Positions 53,642-63,299 of a stretch of 64,000 bases of DNA are shown in pieces. Made by a program: the position numbers and the translations under genes. The stretch comes from a virus (Duplodnaviria; Caudoviricetes). How positions within the stretch are numbered: position 1 is the stretch's first letter; each line of letters starts with the position of its first letter. The notes under the pieces are model-generated. The model saw only the letters and a program-made list of their open reading frames with translations, ran no database searches and was not told the origin of the DNA. Location: IMG/VR virus record IMGVR_UViG_2784132107_000001. The stretch is one strand, 5' to 3'.

Positions 53642-54274
53642 ATGAAATACGACCTGGAGCGGGCAAGGCTTGCGGTCGAATACCTGATCAGCACGCAGTA
53701 TTTCCCGCAGCGCGTCAAAGGTCTGAGACATGCTGTGAGGAAGCCGCGTGCACTGCCGTATTCGGGGGAGGCCGAGCCGCTCAACGAGCTCCTTGTTATT
53801 GGGAGACAAAACGAACAGGCCATGGAGAACCTGATCTCGGTTGCGCAGTACAAGCGCGGCGCACAGAGCCGCGGCGAGTACCAGCGCCGGTTCATGAAAC
53901 AGCAGCGCGACCGCTGGGCCAAGGCTGTACAGCTGGAGGAGAGACTATTTGGGAAGAAGCTTTCGCTGGATGAAAGAAACATCCTTACACGCGAGGTGCA
54001 GGCGACGTGGATGGAGGAGCGCGATGCTTATATCGAGATGCGCGCGGCGCAGCAGAAGATCCAGTTTGGGACGGACGCCTCGTTCGAGGATCGCCACATG
54101 TTCATTGATCAGTTCTGGGACCGTAAGGACAAGGAACTGGATGCGATGCTAAATGAATCGCCGGCGCAATCACACCATATACGGCGTAAGAAACGCACCG
54201 TCGTGGTGAAAGAAAATAACAAGGATGGTGCAATGCAACAGGCGTTCAAAAAACTGATTGACAGACCGAAATGA
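53642..54274 (+). CDS. Hypothetical helical protein (possible regulator)
   Basis: 210 aa; own AT-rich upstream region; lower GC. Confidence 0.7.
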   Translation: MKYDLERARLAVEYLISTQYFPQRVKGLRHAVRKPRALPYSGEAEPLNELLVIGRQNEQAMENLISVAQYKRGAQSRGEYQRRFMKQQRDRWAKAVQLEERLFGKKLSLDERNILTREVQATWMEERDAYIEMRAAQQKIQFGTDASFEDRHMFIDQFWDRKDKELDAMLNESPAQSHHIRRKKRTVVVKENNKDGAMQQAFKKLIDRPK

Positions 54275-54353
54275 TCCGGCAAAACTGCATGCTCGTACCG
54301 GTGTTACAAGCAGTTACACCTCGTTACCGGCGTGCAGTCATTGAGAGGTAAGA

Positions 54354-55016
54354 ATGACCACGCTAAGGGGAAAACCATGGACTTATTCAGCGCTCGAAGC
54401 GTTCGAGACCTGCCCTCGGCAGTTCCACGAGGTCAAGGTGCTGCGCCGGTTTCGCGACCGGCCGAACCCTGCGGGGGACTGGGGCGATCGGGTCCATAAG
54501 GCGCTTGAGGACTTTATGGAGACGGGCGCTGCTTTGCCGGAAGGCATGCAGCAGTGGCAAGTGTTAGCTACCACACTGAAAAATCTCCCTGGGAGGAAAC
54601 TAACTGAAGTCAAACTGGCTGTCGACAAGTGCTTCTCACCCACGCCATGGGGCGACGCATGGAGTCGCGGCAAGGTCGATCTGGTAGTGCTGAATGGTCG
54701 TGAGGCCGCCGGCTTTGATTACAAGACCGGCAAGCCCAAACCATCCGAGCAGCTGATGCTGTATGCGGGTTACATGTTCGCCACCTGGCCCGAGCTGGAG
54801 AAGGCTCAGACGGGGTTTGTGTGGCTGAAGAATCGCAGGATCGAGCCCGCTACGTACTACCGGAAAGACGTGCCACGGATCTGGCAGGAGTTCGCGCCGC
54901 GGGTGCACCGGATGGAGCTGGCCCAGGAAAAGGATGCATGGCCCCCCCGACCAAGCGGGCTGTGCAACGGCTGGTGTCCCGTTACTGACTGCGAACACTA
55001 CAAGAGCAAGTCATGA
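54354..55016 (+). CDS. PD-(D/E)XK exonuclease (RecB/Cas4-like)
   Basis: CPRQF, GKVD, DYKTGK, QLMLY, C-terminal CxxCP..C. Confidence 0.85.
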   Translation: MTTLRGKPWTYSALEAFETCPRQFHEVKVLRRFRDRPNPAGDWGDRVHKALEDFMETGAALPEGMQQWQVLATTLKNLPGRKLTEVKLAVDKCFSPTPWGDAWSRGKVDLVVLNGREAAGFDYKTGKPKPSEQLMLYAGYMFATWPELEKAQTGFVWLKNRRIEPATYYRKDVPRIWQEFAPRVHRMELAQEKDAWPPRPSGLCNGWCPVTDCEHYKSKS

Positions 55017-55183
55017 TCGAAAAACAGACAGAGTTTTCGTCCTTGAACAATGAGGACTTTGTGGACTTTGCATCGTCGCATGCGGGGACGTCCACCCTTC
55101 TGGCCGAGGCGCTCTTTCGTCTCATCGTGGCCATGGATATGGTGAAGGAACTGCAGGAGGTGTTGAATGTCGTCAACACCTGA
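55013..55183 (+). CDS. Hypothetical 56-aa protein
   Basis: ATGA coupling; fills the gap to VRR-NUC. Confidence 0.5.
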   Translation: MIEKQTEFSSLNNEDFVDFASSHAGTSTLLAEALFRLIVAMDMVKELQEVLNVVNT

Positions 55184-55529
55184 AGGGAAAGTCAAGAAGG
55201 ACATCAAGAAACTTCTTGACGAAGCGGGGTTCTGGAGGGCTGGTGCCAAACAGCCCGACATACCCGTCGCCGGATCGTATTACATGCCGGTACAGAACGG
55301 AATGGGAGTGATTGGCATTCCTGATTTTGTGGGGGTCGCGTGGGGGGGAAGACGGTTCGACATCGAGGCCAAGGCCCCGGGCGAAGCGCCCACCCCCAAC
55401 CAGCTGAAACGCCATGAGGAAATCGTTGCAGCGGGTGGTATAGTCCTGGTTGTTGATGATGTTAGTAAGTTGGCCGAATTTTTTAATGACCACCCTCCTA
55501 ACGAACCCTGGGAACCACCATGCAGATGA
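55167..55529 (+). CDS. VRR-NUC domain nuclease
   Basis: TPEGKVK, GIPDFV, IEAKAPG..PTPNQ. Confidence 0.88.
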   Translation: MSSTPEGKVKKDIKKLLDEAGFWRAGAKQPDIPVAGSYYMPVQNGMGVIGIPDFVGVAWGGRRFDIEAKAPGEAPTPNQLKRHEEIVAAGGIVLVVDDVSKLAEFFNDHPPNEPWEPPCR

Positions 55530-55936
55530 ACCTGCCCGAGATGGTCGAGCTGGATGCGACCGATGGCGACGCCGAGCACGTGCCGTATCGCAGGCTGTTT
55601 GCGTCGGTGCTGCTGCAGGCCGTGCGGGACTACGATGCAGCCCGGCGCGGGGTGGTGCCACCGATCAACAGCAACTACGGGTTCTCGGTGCCCAAGCTGC
55701 ACAGCTGGTTTGTTAGCACCTCCATGGAGGTCTGTTCGTTTGAGTGGATCTGTGCGCTGCTGGACATGGACGCCGGCGTGCTGCGCCAGCGGATTGGCAT
55801 CGGCCCCTACCCCCCGAGGGACACATCGGCTAACCGGAAACTGAAAGGAAAGTATAAAGCTGCTAACGGATTACCTGAATTACCTCTTAGGACTGAGGCA
55901 AGACATGAAAGACACCCCGTCGAAGAAACGCTATGA
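55520..55936 (+). CDS. Hypothetical protein (possible transcription activator)
   Basis: RRLFASVLLQAVRD..WF..SFEWICALLDMD. Confidence 0.6.
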   Translation: MQMNLPEMVELDATDGDAEHVPYRRLFASVLLQAVRDYDAARRGVVPPINSNYGFSVPKLHSWFVSTSMEVCSFEWICALLDMDAGVLRQRIGIGPYPPRDTSANRKLKGKYKAANGLPELPLRTEARHERHPVEETL

Positions 55937-56177
55937 TACAGCCTACGAAGCCCGTCCCGAGCAGGTCAAGCATCGCGAGGAGCGCAACCGTGCGCGAGCC
56001 GAGATGGCGAAGAAAGGGGCGGTAAAGAAAGGCGATGGTCGAGACGTCGATCACAAGCGGCCACTTGAGAATGGCGGCAGCAGCGCGCCAGGCAATACGC
56101 GTGTGGTGAGCGAGACGACCAACCGCGGGTGGCGCAAAGGACAGAGTGGGTACGACCCTTCAAAGCAGAAGAAATAA
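55905..56177 (+). CDS. Small HNH-like protein
   Basis: DVDHKRPLENGGS..N.RVVS..NR. Confidence 0.75.
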   Translation: MKDTPSKKRYDTAYEARPEQVKHREERNRARAEMAKKGAVKKGDGRDVDHKRPLENGGSSAPGNTRVVSETTNRGWRKGQSGYDPSKQKK

Positions 56178-56178
56178 C

Positions 56179-57747
56179 ATGCTCGTCTACAAACCGAAGA
56201 AGGCCCTGTTGTTCAGGCTCAAGAATCCAGGGCGCATCACCACCGTCATTCCGACCGCGAAACTCGTCAGGCATCAGGGCGAAGTTCTGGTGGCCGTTCC
56301 GCACCGCCCGGATGAGACGCAGGTGCTGCGCAACCTCGGCTTCGAGGCACCGGACAGCATGCCGCTCTACTACGAGTGGCCCGGTCCCGATACGCCGTTC
56401 GCCACGCAGCAGCAGACCTCCACGTTTCTCACACGGCACCGCCGTGCGTTCGTGCTCAACTCCATGGGCACCGGCAAGACGCGCAGCGCGCTGTGGACCT
56501 ATGACTATCTGCGCGCGACGAAATGCGTCAGGCGTGTGCTGGTGGTCGCCCCGCTCTCGGTGCTTGAGCGCGCCTGGGCCGATACCGTCTTCAGGGCCTT
56601 TCCGCATCTGTCCTGCTCGGTGCTTTACGGATCCGCCGCGCGCCGCAAGAAGCTGCTCGCACGCGAAGCCGACGTGTATGTGATCAACATCGATGGCCTT
56701 AAGGTCATCAAGGCCGAGCTTAAGGCGCGCACCGACATTGACCTCGTGATCGTCGATGAGGTGGCGATGGCGCGTAACCAGGGCACGGACCGCTGGAAGA
56801 CCCTGAACGAAGTGATCAACAAGCAGTGCCCACGCAGGGCATGGGGCATGACGGGCACACCGACCCCGAACGAGCCCACCGATGCCTGGGCGCAGGCGAA
56901 GCTGATCAACCCGACCAACCCGGACGTGCCGAAGTACTTCAGCGCGTTCAGGGACCGTGTCATGCGGCAGACGAGCCAGTACACGTGGGTGGCGCGGGAG
57001 ACCGCGCTCGAAGAGGTGCAGAAGGTCCTGCAGCCCTCGATCCGCTTCTCGCTCGATGAGTGTGTCGACCTGCCTCCGCTCACTATCCAGGATCGTGACG
57101 TTGAGCTGACCGACGAGCAGCAGAAGGCCTACAACGACATGGCGCGGCAGCTCGCGGCCGAGTATGCAGGTGGCCAGATCATCGCGATGAACGAGGCAGT
57201 CAAGGCCAACAAGCTGGTGCAGATCGGCTGTGGCATTGCGTACGACCTCGCCGGCGATGATGTGGTGCTACCCGTGGGGCCGCGCATCAATGAGCTGATG
57301 GACGTGATCGAGGAGAGCGAAGGCAAGGTCATCGTGTTCGCGCCCTTCACGTCGGTGGTCAAGCACGTGGCCTCAGAGGTCGCCAAACGCTGGTCAGTCG
57401 CCATGGTCTATGGCGAGGTCAAGAAGAACGCGCGCGATGACATTTTCAAGATGTTCCAGAATGCTCAGGAGCCCCATGTAATTGTGGCCGACCCCGGCAC
57501 CATGGCGCATGGTCTGACACTGACGGCCGCCACGACGATCACGTGGTATGCCCCCACCAACAGCAACGAGCACTACGATCAGGCCAACGCGCGCATGCGA
57601 CGACCCGGGCAGACACGGCCCACGGTCATCGTGCGGCTGGCGGGCTCGAAGGTAGAGAGAAAGATGTACGCAAGGCTGGACCGGAAAGGCAGCATGCAGG
57701 GCCTGCTGCTGGACATGTTCGAGGATCAGGAACCCCTGACAGAGTAA
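56179..57747 (+). CDS. SNF2-type superfamily 2 helicase
   Basis: MGTGKT, VDEV, TGTP, HGLTL, QANARMRRPGQ. Confidence 0.9.
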   Translation: MLVYKPKKALLFRLKNPGRITTVIPTAKLVRHQGEVLVAVPHRPDETQVLRNLGFEAPDSMPLYYEWPGPDTPFATQQQTSTFLTRHRRAFVLNSMGTGKTRSALWTYDYLRATKCVRRVLVVAPLSVLERAWADTVFRAFPHLSCSVLYGSAARRKKLLAREADVYVINIDGLKVIKAELKARTDIDLVIVDEVAMARNQGTDRWKTLNEVINKQCPRRAWGMTGTPTPNEPTDAWAQAKLINPTNPDVPKYFSAFRDRVMRQTSQYTWVARETALEEVQKVLQPSIRFSLDECVDLPPLTIQDRDVELTDEQQKAYNDMARQLAAEYAGGQIIAMNEAVKANKLVQIGCGIAYDLAGDDVVLPVGPRINELMDVIEESEGKVIVFAPFTSVVKHVASEVAKRWSVAMVYGEVKKNARDDIFKMFQNAQEPHVIVADPGTMAHGLTLTAATTITWYAPTNSNEHYDQANARMRRPGQTRPTVIVRLAGSKVERKMYARLDRKGSMQGLLLDMFEDQEPLTE

Positions 57748-57832
57748 GTATCTGGCTATTTAACCCAACCGTTGTACCCCAAGGCAGTGCTCGCTGAAGT
57801 GGCCCCCCAGTCAGTCACTACAGGAGCAGGAA

Positions 57833-58216
57833 ATGAAACTCAATGAAGTAGTGAGCACGTACATCGCGCTCAGGGACAAGATCGCCGCACGCAAGAAGGC
57901 CCACAAGGAAGAGCTCGAACCGATCGAGCAGGCGATGGAGCAGATCGAGGCAGTCCTCCTCAGGACCTTCGATGCGACCGGTCTCGAGTCCGCCAAGACC
58001 GAGAAGGGCACCGCCTACGTGTCCACGCGCACCAGCGCCACGGTGGCCGACCGTGAGGTCTTCCTCGACTTCATCAAGGCGAAGGAAGAGTGGCCGCTCG
58101 CCGACATCCGCGCAGCCAAGACCGCCATCGAGGTGTTCAAGGACAGCAACGGCGGTGAGCTGCCACCAGGTATTAACTGGCGCGAGGAGCGCACCATCAA
58201 TGTGAGGAGGTCATGA
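57833..58216 (+). CDS. Conserved replication-module coiled-coil protein
   Basis: AGGAG SD; KTEKGTAY, ELPPGIN. Confidence 0.75.
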   Translation: MKLNEVVSTYIALRDKIAARKKAHKEELEPIEQAMEQIEAVLLRTFDATGLESAKTEKGTAYVSTRTSATVADREVFLDFIKAKEEWPLADIRAAKTAIEVFKDSNGGELPPGINWREERTINVRRS

Positions 58217-58376
58217 CTGTCCAGCTGTTCACGGTCGATCTCGTGGCACTGCTCGCTGTCCTCGCGGGCAGGCCGGAGCTGGGCCTTGTGCTGGCGGCGC
58301 TCGCCTATCTGTCCCCCGCTTGACAACTTGCTAACCGGAACTGGTTGGCGTAATCTACATCGTCCCCATCGGAGTC

Positions 58377-59387
58377 ATGCAAATGGCAAACATCATCCCG
58401 TTCGATACGAACGGCAAAAACCTGCCGGCGTATCTGAAGTCCTTCAGCAGCGAAGTGACTAACGCGCTCGCGGCCCACCACTCGATCACCTTCCCGGTCA
58501 TCTCGATCAAGGGCAAGGTCTGGACCATCAAGCGGGGTGGCGAGAAATTCATCATTCCAAATCCGAAGGATCCTGAGAGCCCGGCTACCTACGTCGACGT
58601 CGTGATCATCAAGGCCAACCCGAAGAAGTCCAAGGTCTGGTATGCCAATGGCTGGCAGGACGGCGTCGAGAACGGCAAGCCGGACTGCTCCAGCCGCGAC
58701 AGCGAGAAGCCCGACGCGGACTGCGAGGCGCCGCAGTCGAAGCTCTGCGCGACCTGCAAGCACAACCAGTGGGGCAGCAAGATCAACGAAAAGGGCGTGG
58801 CCACCAAGGGCAAGGCCTGTCAGGATACGATCCGTCTGGCGATCTCCACGCCCGACCGCCTGAACGACCCGCACCTGGTGCGCGTGCCACCGGCATCGAT
58901 CAAGGCCGCCGGCGAGTATGGCGAGATGCTGCAGAAGCGTGGCGTGCCGCTCGAGTCCGTGGTGACGCGGCTCTCGTTCGACCCGGAAGAAGCCACGCCG
59001 AAGATCATGTTCAAGGCGATCGGCTTCCTCGACGAGAAGGAGTTCGCCGAAGCGCACGAGATCGCCGACTCGGAGCTGGTCGAGAGCATCCTCGGTACCG
59101 CCTACGTGCCGGACGCTGACGATGGTGAAGGCGAGCCGGAAGCCGCCGCAGCAGCAGCCAAGGCCGTGCGGACCGCGAAGTCCACCTCGAAGGTCGAGAT
59201 CAGCAAGGACAAGACCGTCACCGCCGACGAGGTGAAGGCCGCCATCAAGGCGGGTGAAGCCGGCGAGACGGTGGCCGAGGCGAAGGTGGTCCAGGCCACG
59301 CCGGAGCCCGTGCCGGCTGCGGTGTCCGTGGAGTCCATCGATGTGGATGGCATCCCGGACCTGTCGAAGATCTCGTTCGACGACTGA
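58377..59387 (+). CDS. Probable ssDNA-binding/annealing protein
   Basis: 336 aa; PDCSS, CATC..N.WGS, KAC; acidic C-terminal tail ending FDD. Confidence 0.6.
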   Translation: MQMANIIPFDTNGKNLPAYLKSFSSEVTNALAAHHSITFPVISIKGKVWTIKRGGEKFIIPNPKDPESPATYVDVVIIKANPKKSKVWYANGWQDGVENGKPDCSSRDSEKPDADCEAPQSKLCATCKHNQWGSKINEKGVATKGKACQDTIRLAISTPDRLNDPHLVRVPPASIKAAGEYGEMLQKRGVPLESVVTRLSFDPEEATPKIMFKAIGFLDEKEFAEAHEIADSELVESILGTAYVPDADDGEGEPEAAAAAAKAVRTAKSTSKVEISKDKTVTADEVKAAIKAGEAGETVAEAKVVQATPEPVPAAVSVESIDVDGIPDLSKISFDD

Positions 59388-59408
59388 TCCCCCCGCTGTC
59401 CATGCAGG

Positions 59409-59434
59409 GCCCGCCTGAGAACCAGGCGGGCTTC
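59409..59434 (+). terminator. Terminator-like hairpin
   Basis: GCCCGCCTG-AGAAC-CAGGCGGGC-TT. Confidence 0.55.
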
Positions 59435-59459
59435 CACTCGTTTACTTCCGAAAAATACC

Positions 59460-59711
59460 ATGGCCTACCATATCGACAAGCAGAAGGTCGCGGGAGTGCT
59501 CCTCGAGACCAATCTCGCGCTCACGGGCAAGGACTTCAACCACGGGGAAGTCATCATCGGCCTGGGTGAGCTGATCGGCCGGGTGATCGTCGAGGCGTCA
59601 AATGGCCCGCTCCAGTGCCAGGAGATGGTCAAGGTCGTGGTCGCGCATCTGGACCGCACGGTCAAGGCGGGCTCCGCCGCGCGAGGGAAGCTGCTGGTCG
59701 ACCCGGAGTAG
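59460..59711 (+). CDS. Hypothetical protein
   Basis: 83 aa; precedes the primase. Confidence 0.7.
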   Translation: MAYHIDKQKVAGVLLETNLALTGKDFNHGEVIIGLGELIGRVIVEASNGPLQCQEMVKVVVAHLDRTVKAGSAARGKLLVDPE

Positions 59712-59714
59712 CGC

Positions 59715-62699
59715 ATGGACACGCTCGAATTTTTCAGGGCGATCCTGCCGGAGACCGGACCCTACTATCTCGCGTACTTCAAGGGCGAGACGCCCTACCC
59801 GTACCACGTCCTGTACCCCACACTCGAAGTGCTCGCCGAGAAGGCGCTGGAGCTCGACGCGCCGGGGACCAACGCGGTCTACCATGCCTGCGCGTCGTAC
59901 CGGGAAGCGTACGTCATGCTGCCCGACCCGAAGAAGCCGGGCGAGCTGAAGAAGTGCTGGCGGGTGGCGGAGAACCTGGGCCGCATGAAGTCGTTCTGGG
60001 TGGACATCGACTGCGGGCCCGAGAAGGCCGCGGCGGTACCGCCCAAGGGCTACGCCACGAAGAACGACGCGCGCGACGCCATCATGGCGTTCTGTGGCGC
60101 GCGGGGCCTGCCCTACCCGCTGATGGTCAGCTCGGGCAATGGCCTGCACTGCTACTGGCCCCTCACCAAGTCAATCGGCCCGAAGTCATGGCAGGCCGTG
60201 GCGCAGCGCCTGAAGGCCGCGCTCGCCGCGCACGGCATCCTCGCCGACCCGACCCGCACCGCTGACGCGGCCTCGATCCTGCGCCCGCCGGGCACCTATA
60301 ACCGCAAGGGCGAGCCCAAGCCCGTCAAGGTGGTGTATCCGGGCGGGCAGATTTCCCCCGAAGACTTTCTGGCTGCGCTAGAATCCGTTAGCACCTTGAC
60401 CGCGTTTAGTGAGCAGAGTGCCCCCGCCTATCTCGCCACTTATCTCGCCACCGCCGAGGTGTCGAGCTGGGCGCTTGCCGGGCACGCCGCATACAGTGGC
60501 CCGCCCGCCTCGGCGCGCATCGTGGCCGAGCACTGCAGGCAGGTCAGGCACATGCGGGACACGCTGGGCGACGTGGGCTATGAGGTGTGGCGCGGGGTGA
60601 TCGGCATCATCAAGCACTGCACGGAAGGCGAGACGCTGGCGCAGGAGTGGAGCGAAGAGCGGGCCAACACCGGGCATGAGTCGCTCGACTGGCAGCGCCG
60701 TTACGACACGTGGGACTCGGGTCCGACGACCTGCGGGTTCTTCCTGCAGCATAACCCCACCGGGTGCGATGGCTGTCCACACCGCGAGAAGGAGGGTGCG
60801 CCGAAGGTCACGTCACCTATCATGCTGGGCTTTTCGCTGCCGCCAGCCGAAACGTCGCCGGTCGTGATCGAGGTGGATGACGCCGGCGGGAAGCTGATCG
60901 TGGAGGTGCCCCCGAAGCCTGAAGGCTACGTGTGGGAGGACGAAAGGCTGTACCGCTACCTGAAGGACAAGGACGGCATCGTGCAGCGGTTCTCGATGTC
61001 GGACAAGCATTTTTACCTGACGCACTGGATCGCGACGGAAGCGCGGGATTTCTCGGCGGGCGTGCGCCTGCATATGCCACGGGGCAGCCTGGTGGACTTT
61101 GCGGTCACGGCGCGCGACATCGCGGCGCCCTCCGACATGCTCAAGGCGCTGGGCAGCAAGTCCATCTTTCCGACGCACAACAAGGACGCAGCGATGCACC
61201 TGCACGCATACATCAAGGACTCACTGCAGAAGATCCAGGCCGAGGCCGAGGAGATGAGCACGATGACGTCCTTCGGCTGGCGCCACGATAGCTCGGGGTT
61301 CCTGGTCGGTGACCGGCTCTACCATCGCGACGGCACGATCCGCAAGGTGCTGGTGGGCGGCTCCGCGCACACCCTGCTGGAGGCCTTCCCTGACCCCCGT
61401 GGGACGCTTGACGGGTACTGCAGGGCGGTCAACTTCGTCTACGCCCGGGCGGGCATGGAGCCGCTGCAGTATGCGCTGTGCAACGCGTTCGGCTCGATCC
61501 TGACGCCCTTCTCCGGCGAGGCGCTCTACAACGGGGTGCTGTTCGCGCTGATCGGCGAGCGCACGGCGCGCGGCAAGACCACGGTGGCGATGGCAGGGCT
61601 GTACGGGTTCGGCGATGCACGGCTCATGACCCATACGCGGGAGTCGACGGTCAATGCCCGCTACGCGCTGATGGGCGTGCACAAGAATGCGCCACTGCTG
61701 TTCGACGAGTTCACCGACATCCCGCCGGACCAGCTCTCGTCGTGGGCGTATTCCACCTCCGAGGGGCGCGAGAAGTCCCGGCTGCAGACCGGCGCCCACG
61801 CGGGGGTCAAGCTGGCCCAGGGCACCACCTGGGCGCTCGCGCCCTACGTCACGGCCAACACGAACCTGCACGCCCGGCTCACGCAGCACCGCAGCAACAC
61901 CGCGGCCGAGGCCGTGCGGATCGTGCAGGTCGACGTCGACCGCTACCAGCTGCCGCAGCTCGAGCCCGCAGAGGTGACCCAGGCGCTCGCGCGCATGGAG
62001 CGCAACATGGGCCACGCCGGTGAGCAGTTCGTCCAGTACGTGGTGACCCACCAGGAGGACGTGCTGGAGCTGGCTGGCAAGATCAAGGCCAGCGTGGACG
62101 CCGAGATCCAGGGGCCGGAGTACCGCTACTACCGGGCGCACGCCACGTGCACGCTGACCGCCGCATCGATCATGGTCCAGCTGGGGCTGGTCGACTTCGA
62201 CTTCGACCGGCTCTTCGACTTCACGATCGGCCTGATGCGCGAGCTCAGTTTCGAGGTCGCCGAGAACAACACGGTGCCACCGGAAGACCTGTTCTCCCAG
62301 ATGGTCAACGCGCTCGCCCCCCGCATCATCACCACGTACGGCTATCAGGACAACCGGATGCACGCGCCAGAAGAGGTGCGGATCTACCAGGAGGTCGTGG
62401 GCCGCTACGTGGTCGGCAACGCGCAGACCAGCAAGGCGCTGCACGGCCGGCTCTGGATCACGGTCGCCGCCGTCAAGCAGTGGTGCATCGAGAACCGCGT
62501 GCCGGTCGCCACGATCAAGGGGTTCGCTGACCCGGTGGTGATGCCCGGCACGGACGACGCCCGGGTGGTGCTGACCCGCGGCACGAAGATGGCCGGTGCG
62601 CGGGCGCACTGCTTTGCCTTTGACATGAAGAAAATGGGCGTCGATTCGTCGGCGCTCACGCTGGTACATGGTGGCGACGCGCAGGACGCCACGAACTGA
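59715..62699 (+). CDS. Primase-helicase (AEP/RepB-like primase, PriCT-like, DUF927-like ATPase)
   Basis: WVDID, SSGNGLHCYW, ILRPPGTYN; FGW; RGKTT, LFDE. Confidence 0.85.
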   Translation: MDTLEFFRAILPETGPYYLAYFKGETPYPYHVLYPTLEVLAEKALELDAPGTNAVYHACASYREAYVMLPDPKKPGELKKCWRVAENLGRMKSFWVDIDCGPEKAAAVPPKGYATKNDARDAIMAFCGARGLPYPLMVSSGNGLHCYWPLTKSIGPKSWQAVAQRLKAALAAHGILADPTRTADAASILRPPGTYNRKGEPKPVKVVYPGGQISPEDFLAALESVSTLTAFSEQSAPAYLATYLATAEVSSWALAGHAAYSGPPASARIVAEHCRQVRHMRDTLGDVGYEVWRGVIGIIKHCTEGETLAQEWSEERANTGHESLDWQRRYDTWDSGPTTCGFFLQHNPTGCDGCPHREKEGAPKVTSPIMLGFSLPPAETSPVVIEVDDAGGKLIVEVPPKPEGYVWEDERLYRYLKDKDGIVQRFSMSDKHFYLTHWIATEARDFSAGVRLHMPRGSLVDFAVTARDIAAPSDMLKALGSKSIFPTHNKDAAMHLHAYIKDSLQKIQAEAEEMSTMTSFGWRHDSSGFLVGDRLYHRDGTIRKVLVGGSAHTLLEAFPDPRGTLDGYCRAVNFVYARAGMEPLQYALCNAFGSILTPFSGEALYNGVLFALIGERTARGKTTVAMAGLYGFGDARLMTHTRESTVNARYALMGVHKNAPLLFDEFTDIPPDQLSSWAYSTSEGREKSRLQTGAHAGVKLAQGTTWALAPYVTANTNLHARLTQHRSNTAAEAVRIVQVDVDRYQLPQLEPAEVTQALARMERNMGHAGEQFVQYVVTHQEDVLELAGKIKASVDAEIQGPEYRYYRAHATCTLTAASIMVQLGLVDFDFDRLFDFTIGLMRELSFEVAENNTVPPEDLFSQMVNALAPRIITTYGYQDNRMHAPEEVRIYQEVVGRYVVGNAQTSKALHGRLWITVAAVKQWCIENRVPVATIKGFADPVVMPGTDDARVVLTRGTKMAGARAHCFAFDMKKMGVDSSALTLVHGGDAQDATN

Positions 62700-62718
62700 G
62701 TAGTTGTTGGGGGCCTTA

Positions 62719-62746
62719 CCCCGGGCTTCGGCCCGGGGATTTTTTT
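62719..62746 (+). terminator. Rho-independent terminator
   Basis: CCCCGGGC-TTCG-GCCCGGGG-ATTTTTTT. Confidence 0.85.
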
Positions 62747-62757
62747 CGGGGAATTCC

Positions 62758-63033
62758 ATGAAGACAATCGACATCCTCGTGCAGCAGTTCAACGCTGCCT
62801 TCATCCCGCTCGAGGCCGTGCGCCTCGCCTACTTCCCGCACCTGTCAGCCGACCTGATGCAGCGCCGCGCACGCAATAACGAACTGGGCCTGCCGGTCAC
62901 ACGGTTTGACCGCTCGCAGAAGTCCGCCCTTGGGGTCCACGTGGAAGACCTGGCGAGCTACCTGGACGGCCGCAGGGCCGAGGCGCGCAAGGAGTTCAGC
63001 GCAACAAAAGATCAAGTGCAACAGTCTGCCTGA
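62758..63033 (+). CDS. PrtN (pyocin activator)-family protein, probable excisionase
   Basis: IPLEAVRLAYFPHLS..LPVTR..SQKS..GVHVEDLASYLD; adjacent to att. Confidence 0.8.
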   Translation: MKTIDILVQQFNAAFIPLEAVRLAYFPHLSADLMQRRARNNELGLPVTRFDRSQKSALGVHVEDLASYLDGRRAEARKEFSATKDQVQQSA

Positions 63034-63086
63034 GCGCAGGAATTCAGTGCAACGCAGTGCAACAGAAGTGCAGCAGTCTGCCTGAG
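63014..63086. repeat. AGTGCA(A/G)C repeats x4 (candidate integrase arm sites)
   Basis: 21-bp direct repeat 63014-34 / 63066-86 (1 mismatch) enclosing CAGTGCAAC x2. Confidence 0.7.
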
Positions 63087-63093
63087 AGGCCCG

Positions 63094-63159
63094 TCAAATA
63101 AGGCGATCGGTCCAGTCCATCATCGGTGCGACGGACACGCGGCGGGGCGTTGATTTCAT
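63094..63159 (-). pseudogene. dusA: Stranded 5' fragment of tRNA-dihydrouridine synthase A containing attR
   Basis: Translates MKSTPRRVSVAPMMDWTDRLI*; VAPMMDWTDR is the DusA N-terminal motif; divergent from an integrase. Confidence 0.85.
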
Positions 63160-63299
63160 TGAATTTTGCTGCAATTTCATAATCTTGCGGATGAATGCTG
63201 AACGTCTTGTTCAAGTCCGTTTTCTGTGATTTTTGCTCGTTTTTTTGCCCGAGTGCTACGACGTAGCACGGAAAAACCTCGTGTAACACCGGGGGAGCA

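Larger units (their letters stand above)
1..63135. mobile_element. Temperate prophage (podovirus-like) integrated in dusA; left end outside window
   Basis: Integrase at left edge, complete head/tail/lysis and replication modules, PrtN-like gene and dusA 5' fragment at right end. No tape measure or sheath gene; ejection proteins are present. Confidence 0.92.

Noticed and set aside
54258-54286. Sigma-70 promoter TTGACA-17-AAAACT
   Set aside because: Perfect -35 but poor -10; not supportable without TSS data
54354-55016. Cas4 as part of a CRISPR system
   Set aside because: Stand-alone PD-(D/E)XK nuclease in a normal phage replication module
55905-56177. Mobile homing endonuclease/intron
   Set aside because: Short free-standing HNH-like ORF between intact genes; neighbouring polymerase and helicase show no interruption
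1738-62804. Long antisense ORFs (1738..4098, 5416..7218, 20013..21794, 26680..28611, 31733..33703, 46062..47567, 61221..62804 and others)
   Set aside because: Shadow frames of GC3-rich genes; Arg/His/Val-rich with no motifs or SD; each lies opposite a well-supported gene
35178-63033. T7-like (Autographiviridae) assignment
   Set aside because: No single-subunit RNA polymerase; divergent genome organisation
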